Source of the DNA: an uncultured Acidiferrobacteraceae bacterium
GTDB taxonomy: Bacteria > Pseudomonadota > Gammaproteobacteria > Acidiferrobacterales > SZUA-150
Direction of reading: 5' to 3'
DNA length: 64,000 nt
Assembly (NCBI GenBank): GCA_913009895.1
Contig: CAJVXY010000007.1
Location: forward strand, 15,862-79,861
In this document: in pieces, positions 35,309-44,491 of the stretch
Layout of the letters: each line of letters opens with the position of its first letter
How positions within the stretch are numbered: position 1 is the first letter of the stretch
Notes under the pieces: model-generated
The model's input: the letters and a program-made list of their open reading frames with translations, nothing else
Database searches by the model: none
Told to the model about the DNA's origin: nothing
Position numbers and translations under genes: made by a program

Positions 35309-35956
35309 ATGAATAGTAGATATTTTATGGTTTTGCTCTTTAGCATGGTCGTGACCATGCCGGTATCGGCAGCAGATACAGTACGGCCCCTCGATCCCAA
35401 CGTCGACCATGTTACGCGCTGGATCTGGTTCGTGGATGCGGTTCACGCACTCCATGAAAAGCAAATCAAGGGCAAAGACATTAAAATCGAAACCACTAAG
35501 GGCGGTTATGCCCGCTTACCTGATTTTTACCAGGAAAAAAAATATACTGATAAAAAAACCGGCCGTCTGTTAAGTAAAGTTTTGTGGGAGACAAAGAATG
35601 ATGATTTGCTGCATTCAATAGAAGTTTATGTCTACGATAAAAAAGGTCGTGTGATCCGTGACTTTGGTGGATCGTACCTGACCCATAGCCGCGCCGCCCC
35701 GCAGCAGACGTTGATTAGTTTGCACGTTTATAATCAGGGTTTGCATGCCATTCGACAATTTGATGCCACCGATGCCCGTATTTTTGAACTCTGTGAGGGG
35801 ACATTTCGTGGCAAAAAAATTGCAATGAGACTGGGTGATATGGAAATTCTTGAGTATGAGGATGAGCCCGTATCGCCAATGACAACCCCGCTTTACAAGG
35901 CGTGTTTTAAGGGCTTGCCGGTTAAAAGTGCCGGTAAGTATCTGACACCCCAATAA
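35309..35956 (+). CDS. Hypothetical exported protein
   Basis: GGAG RBS; signal peptide ending VSA|ADT; long ORF followed by terminator. Confidence 0.75.
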   Translation: MNSRYFMVLLFSMVVTMPVSAADTVRPLDPNVDHVTRWIWFVDAVHALHEKQIKGKDIKIETTKGGYARLPDFYQEKKYTDKKTGRLLSKVLWETKNDDLLHSIEVYVYDKKGRVIRDFGGSYLTHSRAAPQQTLISLHVYNQGLHAIRQFDATDARIFELCEGTFRGKKIAMRLGDMEILEYEDEPVSPMTTPLYKACFKGLPVKSAGKYLTPQ

Positions 35957-36016
35957 TGCTGGAAGGCCTGACTGCGCCGGGCTAGTTAACAAGGTTTGGC
36001 CGAATAACCCGGGCAA

Positions 36017-36049
36017 AAAAAAGCGTCTGAAAAATTCAGACGCTTTTTT
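36017..36049. terminator. Bidirectional intrinsic terminator
   Basis: AAAAAAGCGTCTGAA-AAA-TTCAGACGCTTTTTT. Confidence 0.85.
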
Positions 36050-36094
36050 ATTTCAGGGATAAGGCCGGCGAGAGCTGGCCTGATCCGGTCTTGC

Positions 36095-36124
36095 CCAGAT
36101 GTTGGTCTACCAGATGTTGGTCTA
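36095..36124. repeat. Exact 15-bp tandem duplication
   Basis: CCAGATGTTGGTCTA x2, second copy contains the HU stop codon. Confidence 0.8.
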
Positions 36125-36439
36125 TAAGACCATATCTTTCAGGCCTTTCAAAGGCGTGACCTTAACCACATTGCGGGCAGGTTTTGCCTTAAACATCATT
36201 TCTTCACCTGTGAATGGGTTGACACCTTTACGTGCCGCCACTGCAGGTTTTTTTACAACCTTGATTTTCATCATACCCGGGATACTGAAAATGCCTGGGC
36301 CTTTTTTAAGGTCGCTGCCAATCATGCTTGATAGGGCGTCAAATACGGCACCAACCTGTTTTTTTGTAAGCTCGGTTTCTTCAGAGATATAAGACATTAT
36401 CTCGGACTTTGTGCTGGGTTTTCCTGTTTTAGTTGCCAT
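36122..36439 (-). CDS. HU/IHF family DNA-binding protein (divergent HU-like subfamily)
   Basis: TKSEIM..LTKKQV..ARKGVNPFTGEEM..KPA. Confidence 0.9.
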   Translation of the reverse strand: MATKTGKPSTKSEIMSYISEETELTKKQVGAVFDALSSMIGSDLKKGPGIFSIPGMMKIKVVKKPAVAARKGVNPFTGEEMMFKAKPARNVVKVTPLKGLKDMVL

Positions 36440-36941
36440 TCATCACTCCTGCATCTTTGTTTTATTTAAGTGAGTAAATTCCCCTGAGGGTGGTAAATTC
36501 CTAGTGGGCATTACTAGTGGTATCAGTTTGTTTATGTTTTTAGTAATTCGATTATATAAAGACTTGTGTATATCAAAGAATTAAGATTCTAAAAAATTTA
36601 AATTTTATATATAAAGTAAATTTATAATTTACATTACAAATAAAATCGGTGTTTCAAGATCCTTTGTCAACGCCGGCGCCTAAAGTAGCACAACTTTATA
36701 CTGAAATGGTAGGGTCAAATGCACTTTTCGTCGGTTATATTTCACTTTTTTTCAAAAAAAAGTCTTTACAGAGTTTAGAATCGAGGTGTAGGCAGGTTTC
36801 GGTCAGAAATATTAACGAGTAATGTACAAAATTTAATGTAAATTCATGAAGTGGGTTGCCTGGATTATTTGGAAACTGTCTATATTATAATTAGTCCAGA
36901 TTAGCTCAGAAATCATTTTGGGGAAATAAGAAGATAGTGAT

Positions 36942-38720
36942 ATGGCTGTGACATGGTTTAAGTGGATGGTTCGTCAAATCTTCAGGGTACTGTATCGCGT
37001 TGAAATCAAGGGAATGGCACATTATCGTGCTGCCGGTGATCGTGTACTCATTATAGCGAATCATACTTCCTTCCTTGATGGTCTTTTTATGACCCTGTTT
37101 TTGCCTGACCGACTGGGTTTTGTGATTAATACCTATATTGCCCGGCTCTGGTGGGTGAAGCCTTTTTTGCGGTTCGTGGATATATTTGTACTTGACCATA
37201 CCCGCCCCATGGCGATACGAACCGTGATCGATTATGTGCGTAGCGGTAAACGAGCGGTCATTTTTCCAGAAGGCCGAATCACGTTAACCGGTTCATTGAT
37301 GAAGGTTTACCAGGGCAGTGGTCTGGCCGCCGATCGATGCCAGGCGGTCATCCTGCCAATTCGAATCGATGGGGCACAATATACGCCGCTCTCGCGACTG
37401 GAAGACCAGGTTCGGATTCGCTGGTTCCCCAGGATACGCATGACAATTATGCCGCCGCAGTCCCTGCAGTTGCCTGACGATATGAAAGGTCGCGCCAGGC
37501 GCGCCCGTGCCACATTATTTTTATCCGATTTAATGTCCGATATGGTATTCAGGACATCCCTCACCATCCGGTCCCTCAATGAGGCCATGCTGGTAGCCCG
37601 TGAAGTCCATGGCAAGAACCATATTATTCTGGATGATATTCATCGTCGCACCCTGGATTACGATACTTTTCTCGGCATAGTCTGGTCCTGGTCAGGAACA
37701 GTAAAAGCCCAGAAATTAGCACGTGCCGGGCTACTCACAGGCAACAGTATCTCAGCTGCTATCATTTTTTATGGATTGCAATGGACAAACACAACACCCG
37801 TACTAATCGATATTAATCTGGATGCGAGAAAAATAAAAAAAATGTTAATCAGTTCGGGGGTGACAACCGTTTACACATCCCTGAGCATAATGAAGACACT
37901 CCGTCGCGAACACCTTATCGAACAACTGGCTGATACATTGAAGGTTATTGATGTTGACCAGGAAATTCAAAAACTGATCCAGGATCCACCGTCAAAATTA
38001 TCAACCCGACTGAAGGTTTTCAGCGCCCGAATTAAATTGAACGAAAAAACTCCAAATTCACCTGCGGCAATTTTATATGCCAGGGACGAGGCAGGTGAAT
38101 TTCATGAACGAATTTACAGCCACGAAAACTTGTTGGTAGCACGGCAACAATTTGTAACCAGGTTCGATTTTAATTCTACAGATGTCATGTTTTGTGCCTG
38201 GCAGCCATATCACATTAATGGATTATTGATGGGCCTGGTTTTGCCTGTCCTCTCTGGCATTAAATCCTATTGTTACCCGGTGCCGGAACGATATCGTATT
38301 GCATCAGAGCTGATTTATGATGCTGGCACCACATTGCTGGCAGCACCAGAATCCTGTTTTGCCGGTTATGAAAAATATGCCCATGCCTACGATATGTATC
38401 ACGTGCGTTATGCGTTTTTATTTGACGCGAGTTCAGTTGAGTTATTAAAAAAAATCTACCGGCGATTCGGCGTCAGGATTTTGCAGGGTCATGCCGATGC
38501 ATTCAATGGCCTGATAGTTTCAATTAACACACCAATCGAAAACAAGTGGGGCTCGCTGGGCAAACCACTTCCAGGTATAACCTTGTCCAGTACCGGGCAG
38601 GGCAGTAATAATGACTATCTTTTAAGCAGTGACTCTGTGCCAGTCAATATCAGGGAGGACCCGGGTATTCCTGTTAAAAATATTTCGATAGATGACGATG
38701 GTTACCTGGTCCCGCGTTAA
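36942..38720 (+). CDS. aas: Aas-like protein: intact PlsC acyltransferase plus degenerate, truncated acyl-ACP synthetase domain
   Basis: ANHTSFLD, IFPEGRIT, PIRIDGAQY; adenylation-domain remnants SHENLL, YDAGTT, AHAYDM, RFGVRILQG. Confidence 0.75.
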   Translation: MAVTWFKWMVRQIFRVLYRVEIKGMAHYRAAGDRVLIIANHTSFLDGLFMTLFLPDRLGFVINTYIARLWWVKPFLRFVDIFVLDHTRPMAIRTVIDYVRSGKRAVIFPEGRITLTGSLMKVYQGSGLAADRCQAVILPIRIDGAQYTPLSRLEDQVRIRWFPRIRMTIMPPQSLQLPDDMKGRARRARATLFLSDLMSDMVFRTSLTIRSLNEAMLVAREVHGKNHIILDDIHRRTLDYDTFLGIVWSWSGTVKAQKLARAGLLTGNSISAAIIFYGLQWTNTTPVLIDINLDARKIKKMLISSGVTTVYTSLSIMKTLRREHLIEQLADTLKVIDVDQEIQKLIQDPPSKLSTRLKVFSARIKLNEKTPNSPAAILYARDEAGEFHERIYSHENLLVARQQFVTRFDFNSTDVMFCAWQPYHINGLLMGLVLPVLSGIKSYCYPVPERYRIASELIYDAGTTLLAAPESCFAGYEKYAHAYDMYHVRYAFLFDASSVELLKKIYRRFGVRILQGHADAFNGLIVSINTPIENKWGSLGKPLPGITLSSTGQGSNNDYLLSSDSVPVNIREDPGIPVKNISIDDDGYLVPR

Positions 38721-38763
38721 GATAATTTTTATTGCAATGTTAATAGTCGTTTAAAATTAAATC

Positions 38764-40050
38764 ATGAACAGAAGATCGTTTGTCGCGCTACTGGCCGGTG
38801 CCGGTGTATTAGCCGGTGCCTATGCCCTGATCCGACCCCGGGGCGGGTTTATTAACCCCTGTCTGCAGACACCCATGCCAGACGCCCTTGGCCAACATGA
38901 AATCGTACAGGCCGCCTGGCAAGGCATCGATATAAAACAGTTCTGGGATGTCCATGTCCACCTTGTTGGTCTCGGTCACGGCAATACCGGTGCCCGGGTC
39001 AACCCGGATATGCAAAGTCCTGATCATCCATTGCAATATGTGCAATATCAATTTTATTTGAACGCATCCTGCGCGCAAAACGCAAAAAATATTGATGCCG
39101 AGTATGTGCGACAGCTAAGACGATTACACGAAGGCCTCCTTAAATCTTTTGAAAATTCCTCTGCTAATACGATGGCCAAATTACCTGGTAAACCAGGCGC
39201 GGCCAAGTTGATGTTGTTGGCCTTTGACCAGGTATACGATGAGGCAGGGTACAAACAGCCTGACGCCAGCGCCTTTTACATACCAAACGAGTATGCTCAA
39301 TCCGTGACCAGGTCTTACCCAGATCAATTCGAATGGATTGCATCGGTTCATCCCTATCGCAAAGATGCCCTGGAACAATTACAGTGGTCAGTCAGTCGTG
39401 GTGCCCGGGCAATCAAATGGTTGCCCTCGGCCATGGGGATTAATCCTGGTTCACCATTGTGTGATGCTTTTTACGAGGCATTGGCCAGGTTCAATTTACC
39501 ATTATTAGTCCATGCCGGTAGTGAGATAGCTGTGTCCGGTCCTGGCGGCCAGGATTTAGGTAATCCGCTGCTCCTGAGAAGACCCCTGGAACGAGGTGTG
39601 AGAGTCATTGTTGCCCACAGCGCGTCATCCGGTGAAGGTGTTGATCTTGACCGGGGTAGCAACGGGGAGATGAAAACGAATTTTGAGTTATTTGCCCGGT
39701 TGATGGACGACAGTAATTACCAAAAGAATTTATTTGGTGAAATATCTGCCATCACCCAGGTAAATCGGGTTGGCCTGCCCCTGGAAACTATACTCAAAAA
39801 AGAAAGTTGGCGGGGTCGAATTCTTAACGGCAGTGATTACCCCTTGCCTGCCATTTTGCCTTTATTTTCTCTCGAATGGTTACAGCTTAAAGACTACATA
39901 TCTGCCAGCGAAGCCAGTGTCCTGGCAGATATTCGACTTTATAACCCGTTATTATTTGATTTTGTGTTGAAAAGGACCATACGTTTCCAGGGGCTCAGGC
40001 TGGCCACTGAAATCTTTCACACCAGGCGTTTTTTTATTGCCGCAAGTTGA
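38764..40050 (+). CDS. Amidohydrolase-2 family protein with Tat-like signal
   Basis: MNRRSFVALL; DVHVH, SVHPY, IKWLP, LVHAG, VAH, NGSDYP. Confidence 0.85.
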   Translation: MNRRSFVALLAGAGVLAGAYALIRPRGGFINPCLQTPMPDALGQHEIVQAAWQGIDIKQFWDVHVHLVGLGHGNTGARVNPDMQSPDHPLQYVQYQFYLNASCAQNAKNIDAEYVRQLRRLHEGLLKSFENSSANTMAKLPGKPGAAKLMLLAFDQVYDEAGYKQPDASAFYIPNEYAQSVTRSYPDQFEWIASVHPYRKDALEQLQWSVSRGARAIKWLPSAMGINPGSPLCDAFYEALARFNLPLLVHAGSEIAVSGPGGQDLGNPLLLRRPLERGVRVIVAHSASSGEGVDLDRGSNGEMKTNFELFARLMDDSNYQKNLFGEISAITQVNRVGLPLETILKKESWRGRILNGSDYPLPAILPLFSLEWLQLKDYISASEASVLADIRLYNPLLFDFVLKRTIRFQGLRLATEIFHTRRFFIAAS

Positions 40051-40251
40051 ATAATTGTGAATCGTCATGTCACGCTGCATGGTTATTGGGTTGTAGATCG
40101 TCTATTTGCCCACAATAATTCCGATTTAATACTGTTTCCTGTTGCCAGCAAGGCTATAATCCGGTCAAATTTTTAGACCTGTTTTTAGACTTGGCGCTGG
40201 TTATGAGCCCTTGGTTTTTACCGGAATCTTAACCAGTTGGAGATTTTTTAT

Positions 40252-40518
40252 ATGCCGATTTACGAATACCGTTGTCAAAGTTGTGGCCATGAATTTGAGT
40301 CTATGCAAAAAATGAGTGAGCCACGGCTCACCGATTGTCCTGAGTGTGGCAAGGCCGAACTCAAAAAAATGGTATCGGCAGCTGGCTTCAAACTTAAAGG
40401 GACTGGCTGGTATGAGACCGATTTTAAAAATTCTGGCAAAGCCGGTAAAAAAGAAACCAGCGCCAAACCTGCTGAAAAAAAGGCAGCGCCAAAAAAATCC
40501 AGCGGCGATGCCCATTAA
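40252..40518 (+). CDS. FmdB family zinc-ribbon protein
   Basis: MPIYEYRCQSCG..CPECG..FKLKGTGWYETDF. Confidence 0.92.
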   Translation: MPIYEYRCQSCGHEFESMQKMSEPRLTDCPECGKAELKKMVSAAGFKLKGTGWYETDFKNSGKAGKKETSAKPAEKKAAPKKSSGDAH

Positions 40519-40551
40519 TATTTTAACTATTTCGAGTCAGGGAGCCTGCCC

Positions 40552-41184
40552 ATGCGTCGATATTTGATCGCAGGACTGCTTGTCTGGGTGCCGTTGGGAG
40601 TAACCTTTTTCATCATTAAGTACCTGGTGGATTTGCTGGATCAGACCCTGTTATTGTTACCCCTTGCCTATCGACCAGAAACCCTCACGGGTTTTCATAT
40701 CCCTGGTCTGGGCGTAATCCTGACCGTGATCGTGCTGCTGGTCACAGGCATGGTGGCTGCCAATTTATTTGGCCGCACACTAGTGAATATCTGGGAAAGC
40801 CTGCTGGCACGGATTCCCCTGGTGCGATCAATTTATTCCGGGGTCAAACAAATAATGGCCACCTTGTTTTCAGATTCCAGCAAATCTTTCAAGGAAGTGG
40901 TGATGGTCGAGTACCCGCGTCGTGGCGCCTGGACTCTGGCTTTTGTCACGGGGGCAGGCTGGCAGCCAGCCAAAGCGCTGGTAAATGAAGATTTAGTGAA
41001 TATTTATGTGCCAACCACGCCGAATCCTACCTCGGGATTCTTTCTTATGGTGCCCCGTAAGGATATTATGGCGCTCGACTTATCGATTGATGATGGTCTA
41101 AAGATGATATTATCTTTGGGGTTGATCGAGCCACCCGTTGCAATGGGTCAAGTGGTAACAACTGACAATAAGCCAGCCGATTAA
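40552..41184 (+). CDS. DUF502 domain membrane protein
   Basis: RIPLVRSIY, VEYPRRG, VPTTPNPTSGF. Confidence 0.92.
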   Translation: MRRYLIAGLLVWVPLGVTFFIIKYLVDLLDQTLLLLPLAYRPETLTGFHIPGLGVILTVIVLLVTGMVAANLFGRTLVNIWESLLARIPLVRSIYSGVKQIMATLFSDSSKSFKEVVMVEYPRRGAWTLAFVTGAGWQPAKALVNEDLVNIYVPTTPNPTSGFFLMVPRKDIMALDLSIDDGLKMILSLGLIEPPVAMGQVVTTDNKPAD

Positions 41185-41222
41185 TATTAGATGGGTTTTC
41201 CCTCGCAGATTACTTCAAATAC

Positions 41223-41370
41223 TGTCATTCCGGCAAACGACTGCAGGGACGCAGGAGGTAGAGCGACGCAGGAAGCCAAAGCCGAAGCCGGAATCCATGT
41301 TGGAGCGGAGTGTCGTAATAAAGGTGGATGCAATTTTTTGAAATGGATACCGGCATACGCCGGTATGACA
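41223..41370. repeat. REP doublet (GTCATTCCGGC..GCCGGAATCCA type) with a 48-nt cassette in the first loop
   Basis: TGTCATTCCGGCAAA|B 41238-41285|AGCCGGAATCCA ... inverted TGGATACCGGCATACGCCGGTATGACA. Confidence 0.85.
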
Positions 41371-41452
41371 AACAAAGTAAGTGTCCTGTCGGATTGTTAC
41401 CGAGCAATTTAATTTTTAGAGAGTGAATCATAGAATGACGGAAATAACCGGC

Positions 41453-43225
41453 ATGCGTAGCCATTTTTGTGGCCAGGTTAACGAAGACCTGGTGGATGAG
41501 ACGATTACAGTCTGTGGTTGGGTGGATACCCGGCGCGATCATGGTGGTGTGATTTTTATTGACATGCGTGACCGTGAAGGTTTGTTGCAGGTTGTTTTTG
41601 ATCCCGATAGCCCTGAAACATTTAAAATCGCTGAACAGGTGCGCAATGAATTTGTCCTGCAGGTTGAAGGCAAGGTCAGGCGCCGACCGGAAGGCACGAC
41701 CAATAGCCAGCTAAAAACCGGCATGGTGGAAGTCCTTGCCAAAAAAGTAGAGGTGTTAAACCGGTCAGAGCCTATTCCATTCCAGCTTGATGATACCGAG
41801 ATCAGTGAGTCCGTACGTTTGAATTATCGATTTCTGGATTTACGTCGCCAGTTTATGCATAACAATATTCGCCTGCGCCACAAGGTGACACGTTGCATGC
41901 GACATTTCCTCGATGATCATGGTTTCATTGATATTGAAACACCCATGCTGACGCGCTCAACCCCGGAGGGCGCCCGTGATTACCTGGTGCCAAGCCGGGT
42001 TTACGGTGGTCAATTTTTTGCCTTGCCGCAATCACCCCAGATTTTTAAGCAATTACTCATGATTGCGGGCTTTGAGCGTTATTACCAGATCGCCCGTTGT
42101 TTTCGCGATGAAGATTTACGTGCTGACCGGCAACCGGAATTTACCCAGCTGGATATCGAACTGGCATTTGTAGATGAAGAAACCATTATGGGTCTCATGG
42201 AAAACATGATGCGGACACTCTTTGAGTCGGTCATAGACGTCAAACTAGTCGATCCTTTTCCGCGCCTGACCTGGCACGATGCCATGTCCCGTTACGGTTC
42301 TGACCGGCCTGATTTGCGCAACCCACTGGAATTGGTCGAGCTTGGCGATGTCATGCAGGACGTGGAATTTAAAGTTTTTGCCGGACCGGCAAAAGACGAA
42401 AACGGCCGCGTAGCCGCCTTGCGAGTACCTGGTGGTAACGAGCTGTCACGCAAACAGATTGATGAGTATACAAACTATGTAGCGGAATACGGCGCCAGGG
42501 GTTTGGCATACATCAAGGTAAATAAAATTGATCAGGGGCGGGAAGGCCTGCAATCACCGATTCTGAAATTTCTGCCCGATGAAGTCGTGACCACTATTCT
42601 TGAACGAACGTTGGCCGCTGACGGTGATTTGATTTTCTTCGGCGCCGATAAAACCAGCATCGTCAATGATGCCCTGGGTGCGTTACGCGACCAGTTGGGC
42701 GCGGACCTGGGCCTGATTGCAGATGGCTGGAAACCCCTGTGGGTGGTCGATTTCCCCATGTTCGAATATGACGCAACTAACAAACGCTTCAAGGCCCTGC
42801 ATCATCCTTTTACGGCACCCCAGGAACAAAGCAGTGTTGATAAAGAACCGGCCGCGGCCTTGTCCCGTGCCTATGATTTGGTGCTTAATGGTTCAGAATT
42901 GGGCGGTGGTTCAATTCGTATTCATCAACCCGACGTACAGCAAAAAGTATTTGCGGCGTTGGGCATTGAAGATGAGGAAGCCAACGAAAAATTTGGTTTT
43001 TTGCTTAAGGCCCTGAAATTTGGCGCACCCCCCCATGGCGGTATTGCCTTTGGCCTGGATCGCATCGTCGCCATGATGGTGGGCGCGGAATCGATCCGTG
43101 ATGTAATTGCGTTTCCGAAAACACAAAAAGCATCTTGTTTGCTCACCAACGCGCCGAGTGTGGTAGATGACAAGCAACTGCGTGAACTCAATATCAAATT
43201 GCGCCGCATCCCAACTAACGAATAA
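41453..43225 (+). CDS. aspS: Aspartate--tRNA ligase, probably non-discriminating Asp/Asn
   Basis: [41 protein letters not shown]. Confidence 0.98.
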   Translation: MRSHFCGQVNEDLVDETITVCGWVDTRRDHGGVIFIDMRDREGLLQVVFDPDSPETFKIAEQVRNEFVLQVEGKVRRRPEGTTNSQLKTGMVEVLAKKVEVLNRSEPIPFQLDDTEISESVRLNYRFLDLRRQFMHNNIRLRHKVTRCMRHFLDDHGFIDIETPMLTRSTPEGARDYLVPSRVYGGQFFALPQSPQIFKQLLMIAGFERYYQIARCFRDEDLRADRQPEFTQLDIELAFVDEETIMGLMENMMRTLFESVIDVKLVDPFPRLTWHDAMSRYGSDRPDLRNPLELVELGDVMQDVEFKVFAGPAKDENGRVAALRVPGGNELSRKQIDEYTNYVAEYGARGLAYIKVNKIDQGREGLQSPILKFLPDEVVTTILERTLAADGDLIFFGADKTSIVNDALGALRDQLGADLGLIADGWKPLWVVDFPMFEYDATNKRFKALHHPFTAPQEQSSVDKEPAAALSRAYDLVLNGSELGGGSIRIHQPDVQQKVFAALGIEDEEANEKFGFLLKALKFGAPPHGGIAFGLDRIVAMMVGAESIRDVIAFPKTQKASCLLTNAPSVVDDKQLRELNIKLRRIPTNE

Positions 43226-43233
43226 GGATCAAT

Positions 43234-43395
43234 GCAGCCCGTATGCAGCGCACGAGCCCATGGAAGGGCGAGGGTACAATTCCAGGAAAGGAATCGGTAG
43301 AGTCGAGTCAGGAACAGAGACCGAGCAATTATCGAACGTAATCCGGGGCTTATATAAGATCTTTTCCGGATTCCATTTTATTTCATCCAGGCTAC
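43234..43395. repeat. GTAG-family REP doublet with nested 48-nt-type cassettes
   Basis: GCAGCCCGTATGCAGCGCA|C'[D]|ACGTAATCCGGG and inverted partner TCCGGATTCC..CATCCAGGCTAC. Confidence 0.8.
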
Positions 43396-43486
43396 GTTTA
43401 CCGGAGTAATCGCGCCATGATTAAACGTGTGCAGATTTTAATGTAAACACCTGCCAGACTATTCCCGCAGCCCGGTGCCCCTTGCG

Positions 43487-44491
43487 TTATTGCAATAACC
43501 CATCCATGCCTATGGCCGCCAGGCGATTGCGGGCAGTGCCGCCAATAGTGGTGAAGGCCCCGCCGGCATAGACCGTGCTGCCGTCAATGGCCAGGACCCA
43601 AACTGCATTATTGGCATCGGGATTCCAGGCGGTGCTCAACACGCCATCCGTTCCTATGGCCGCCAGGCGACTGCGGGCAGTACCGCCAATAGCGTTGAAG
43701 AACCCGCCGGCATAGACCGTGCTGCCGTCAATGGCCAGGGCCGAAACCCTACTATTGGCATTGGGATTCCAGGCGGTGCTTAACACGCCATCGGTACCTA
43801 TGGCCGCTAACCGATTGCGGACAGTGCCGCCAATAGTGGTGAAGTCCCCCCCGGCATAGACCGTGCTGCCGTCAATGGCCAGGGCAAAAACCTCATTATT
43901 GGCATTGGGATTCCAGGCGGTGCTCAACACGCCATCCGTTCCTATGGCCGCCAGATTATTGCGGGCAGTGCCGCCAATAGCGGTGAAGGCCCCCCCGGCA
44001 TAGACCGTGCTGCCGTCAATGGCCAGGGCCGAAACCGTACTATTGGCATCGGGATTCCAAACGGTGCTCAACACGCCATCGGTACCTATGGCCGCTAACC
44101 GATTGCGGACAGTGCCGCCAATCGTGGTGAATGCCCCGCCGGCATAGACCGTGCTGCCGTCAATGGCCAGGGCCCAAACCCCATCATTGGCATCGGGATT
44201 CCAGGTGGTGCTTAACACGCCATCGGCGCCTATGGCCGCCAGATTATTGCGGACAGTGCCGCCAATAGTGGTGAAGTCCCCCCCGGCATAGACCGTGCTG
44301 CCGTCAATGGCCAGGGCCCAAACCGCATTATTGGCATCGGGATTCCAGGCGGTGCTTAACACGCCATCCGTGCCGATGGCCGCTAACCGATTGCGGACAG
44401 TGCCGCCAATAGCGGTGAAGAGCCCGCTGGCATAGACCGTGCTGCCGTCAATGGCCAGGGCCCAAACCGCATTATTGGCATTGGGATTCCA
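43487..44491 (-). repeat. 144-bp coding tandem repeat x7
   Basis: 31-nt core GGCATAGACCGTGCTGCCGTCAATGGCCAGG is identical in all 7 units at a 144-bp period. Confidence 0.95.

Noticed and set aside
36440-36941. 500-bp AT-rich gap as a possible origin or sRNA locus
   Set aside because: No DnaA-box cluster or stable structure seen; consistent with divergent promoters.
43487-44491. Regular 31-nt identical repeats as a CRISPR array or DGR target
   Set aside because: The intervening segments are homologous and in frame, there is no cas or reverse transcriptase gene, and variation is not limited to adenines.
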